From assembly GCA_030390025.1 (NCBI GenBank), contig CM059431.1:137580001-137644000 (forward strand): DNA of 64,000 nucleotides, written 5' to 3'. The DNA comes from Squalus acanthias. Taxonomy: Eukaryota. The translations under genes and the position numbers were made by a program. Below, piece after piece: positions 63,588 to 64,000 of the stretch (position 1 is its first letter; every line of letters begins with the position of its first letter). A model generated the notes under the pieces. The model was not told where the DNA came from. It did no database searches and saw nothing but the letters and a program-made list of their open reading frames with translations.

Positions 63588-64000
63588 ATCATAGAATAGA
63601 ATCTTAGAATCATAGAAAGTTACATCATTGAAGGAGGCCAATTCGGATAATCGTGTCCGCGCCGGCCAACAAAGAGCTATCCAGCCTAATCCCACTTCCC
63701 AGCTCTTGCTCCGTTGGCCAGCAGGTTAGAGCATCCCAAGTGCACATCCAAGTAATTTTTAAATGTGGTGAGGGTTCCTGCCTCTACCATCCTTTCAGGC
63801 AGTGAATTCCAGACCCCCACAACCCTCTGGGTGAAGATATTTCCCCTCACAATCCCTCTAAACCTTCCACTAATTACATTAAATCTGGGCCTCTTGGTTT
63901 TTCGCCCTTCTGCTAAGGGGAATAGGTCCTTTGTATCCATTTTATCTAGGCCCCTCATAATTTTATACACCTCAATAAGGTCTCCCCTCAACCTCCTCTG
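63588..64000 (-). mobile_element. CR1 3' end with (catagaat)n tail
   Basis: RGDLIEVYKIMRGLD...FTQRVVGVWNSLP. Confidence 0.92.

Overview
Eukaryotic, repeat-dense vertebrate DNA, most likely from a cartilaginous fish (inferred from HE1-like SINE and HER1/CR1-type LINE tails and a shark-type NLR). There are no prokaryotic features. Main contents: (1) 1-4187, the 3' half of a deleted endogenous retrovirus. It has two divergent RNase H + integrase Zn-finger modules, a small membrane ORF between pol and env, a gamma-type env TM, a PPT and a 3' LTR. (2) 5.2-28 kb, an old tandem segmental duplication carrying three full copies and one partial copy of a ~1.0-1.35 kb non-coding cassette with a conserved 81-nt exon. 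The region is riddled with CR1, L2 and Penelope fragments and contains a second, minus-strand LTR/ERV relic. (3) 30.1-62.4 kb, a + strand CARD-like/NACHT/LRR (NLR) gene. Five coding exons can be rebuilt in phase, but exon 3 is split by a young CR1 and there are two 1-bp deletions, so it is probably a recent pseudogene. Its introns hold a ~12.4 kb 45-bp satellite with higher-order structure, a 38/39-bp minisatellite, foldback elements and many CR1 copies.
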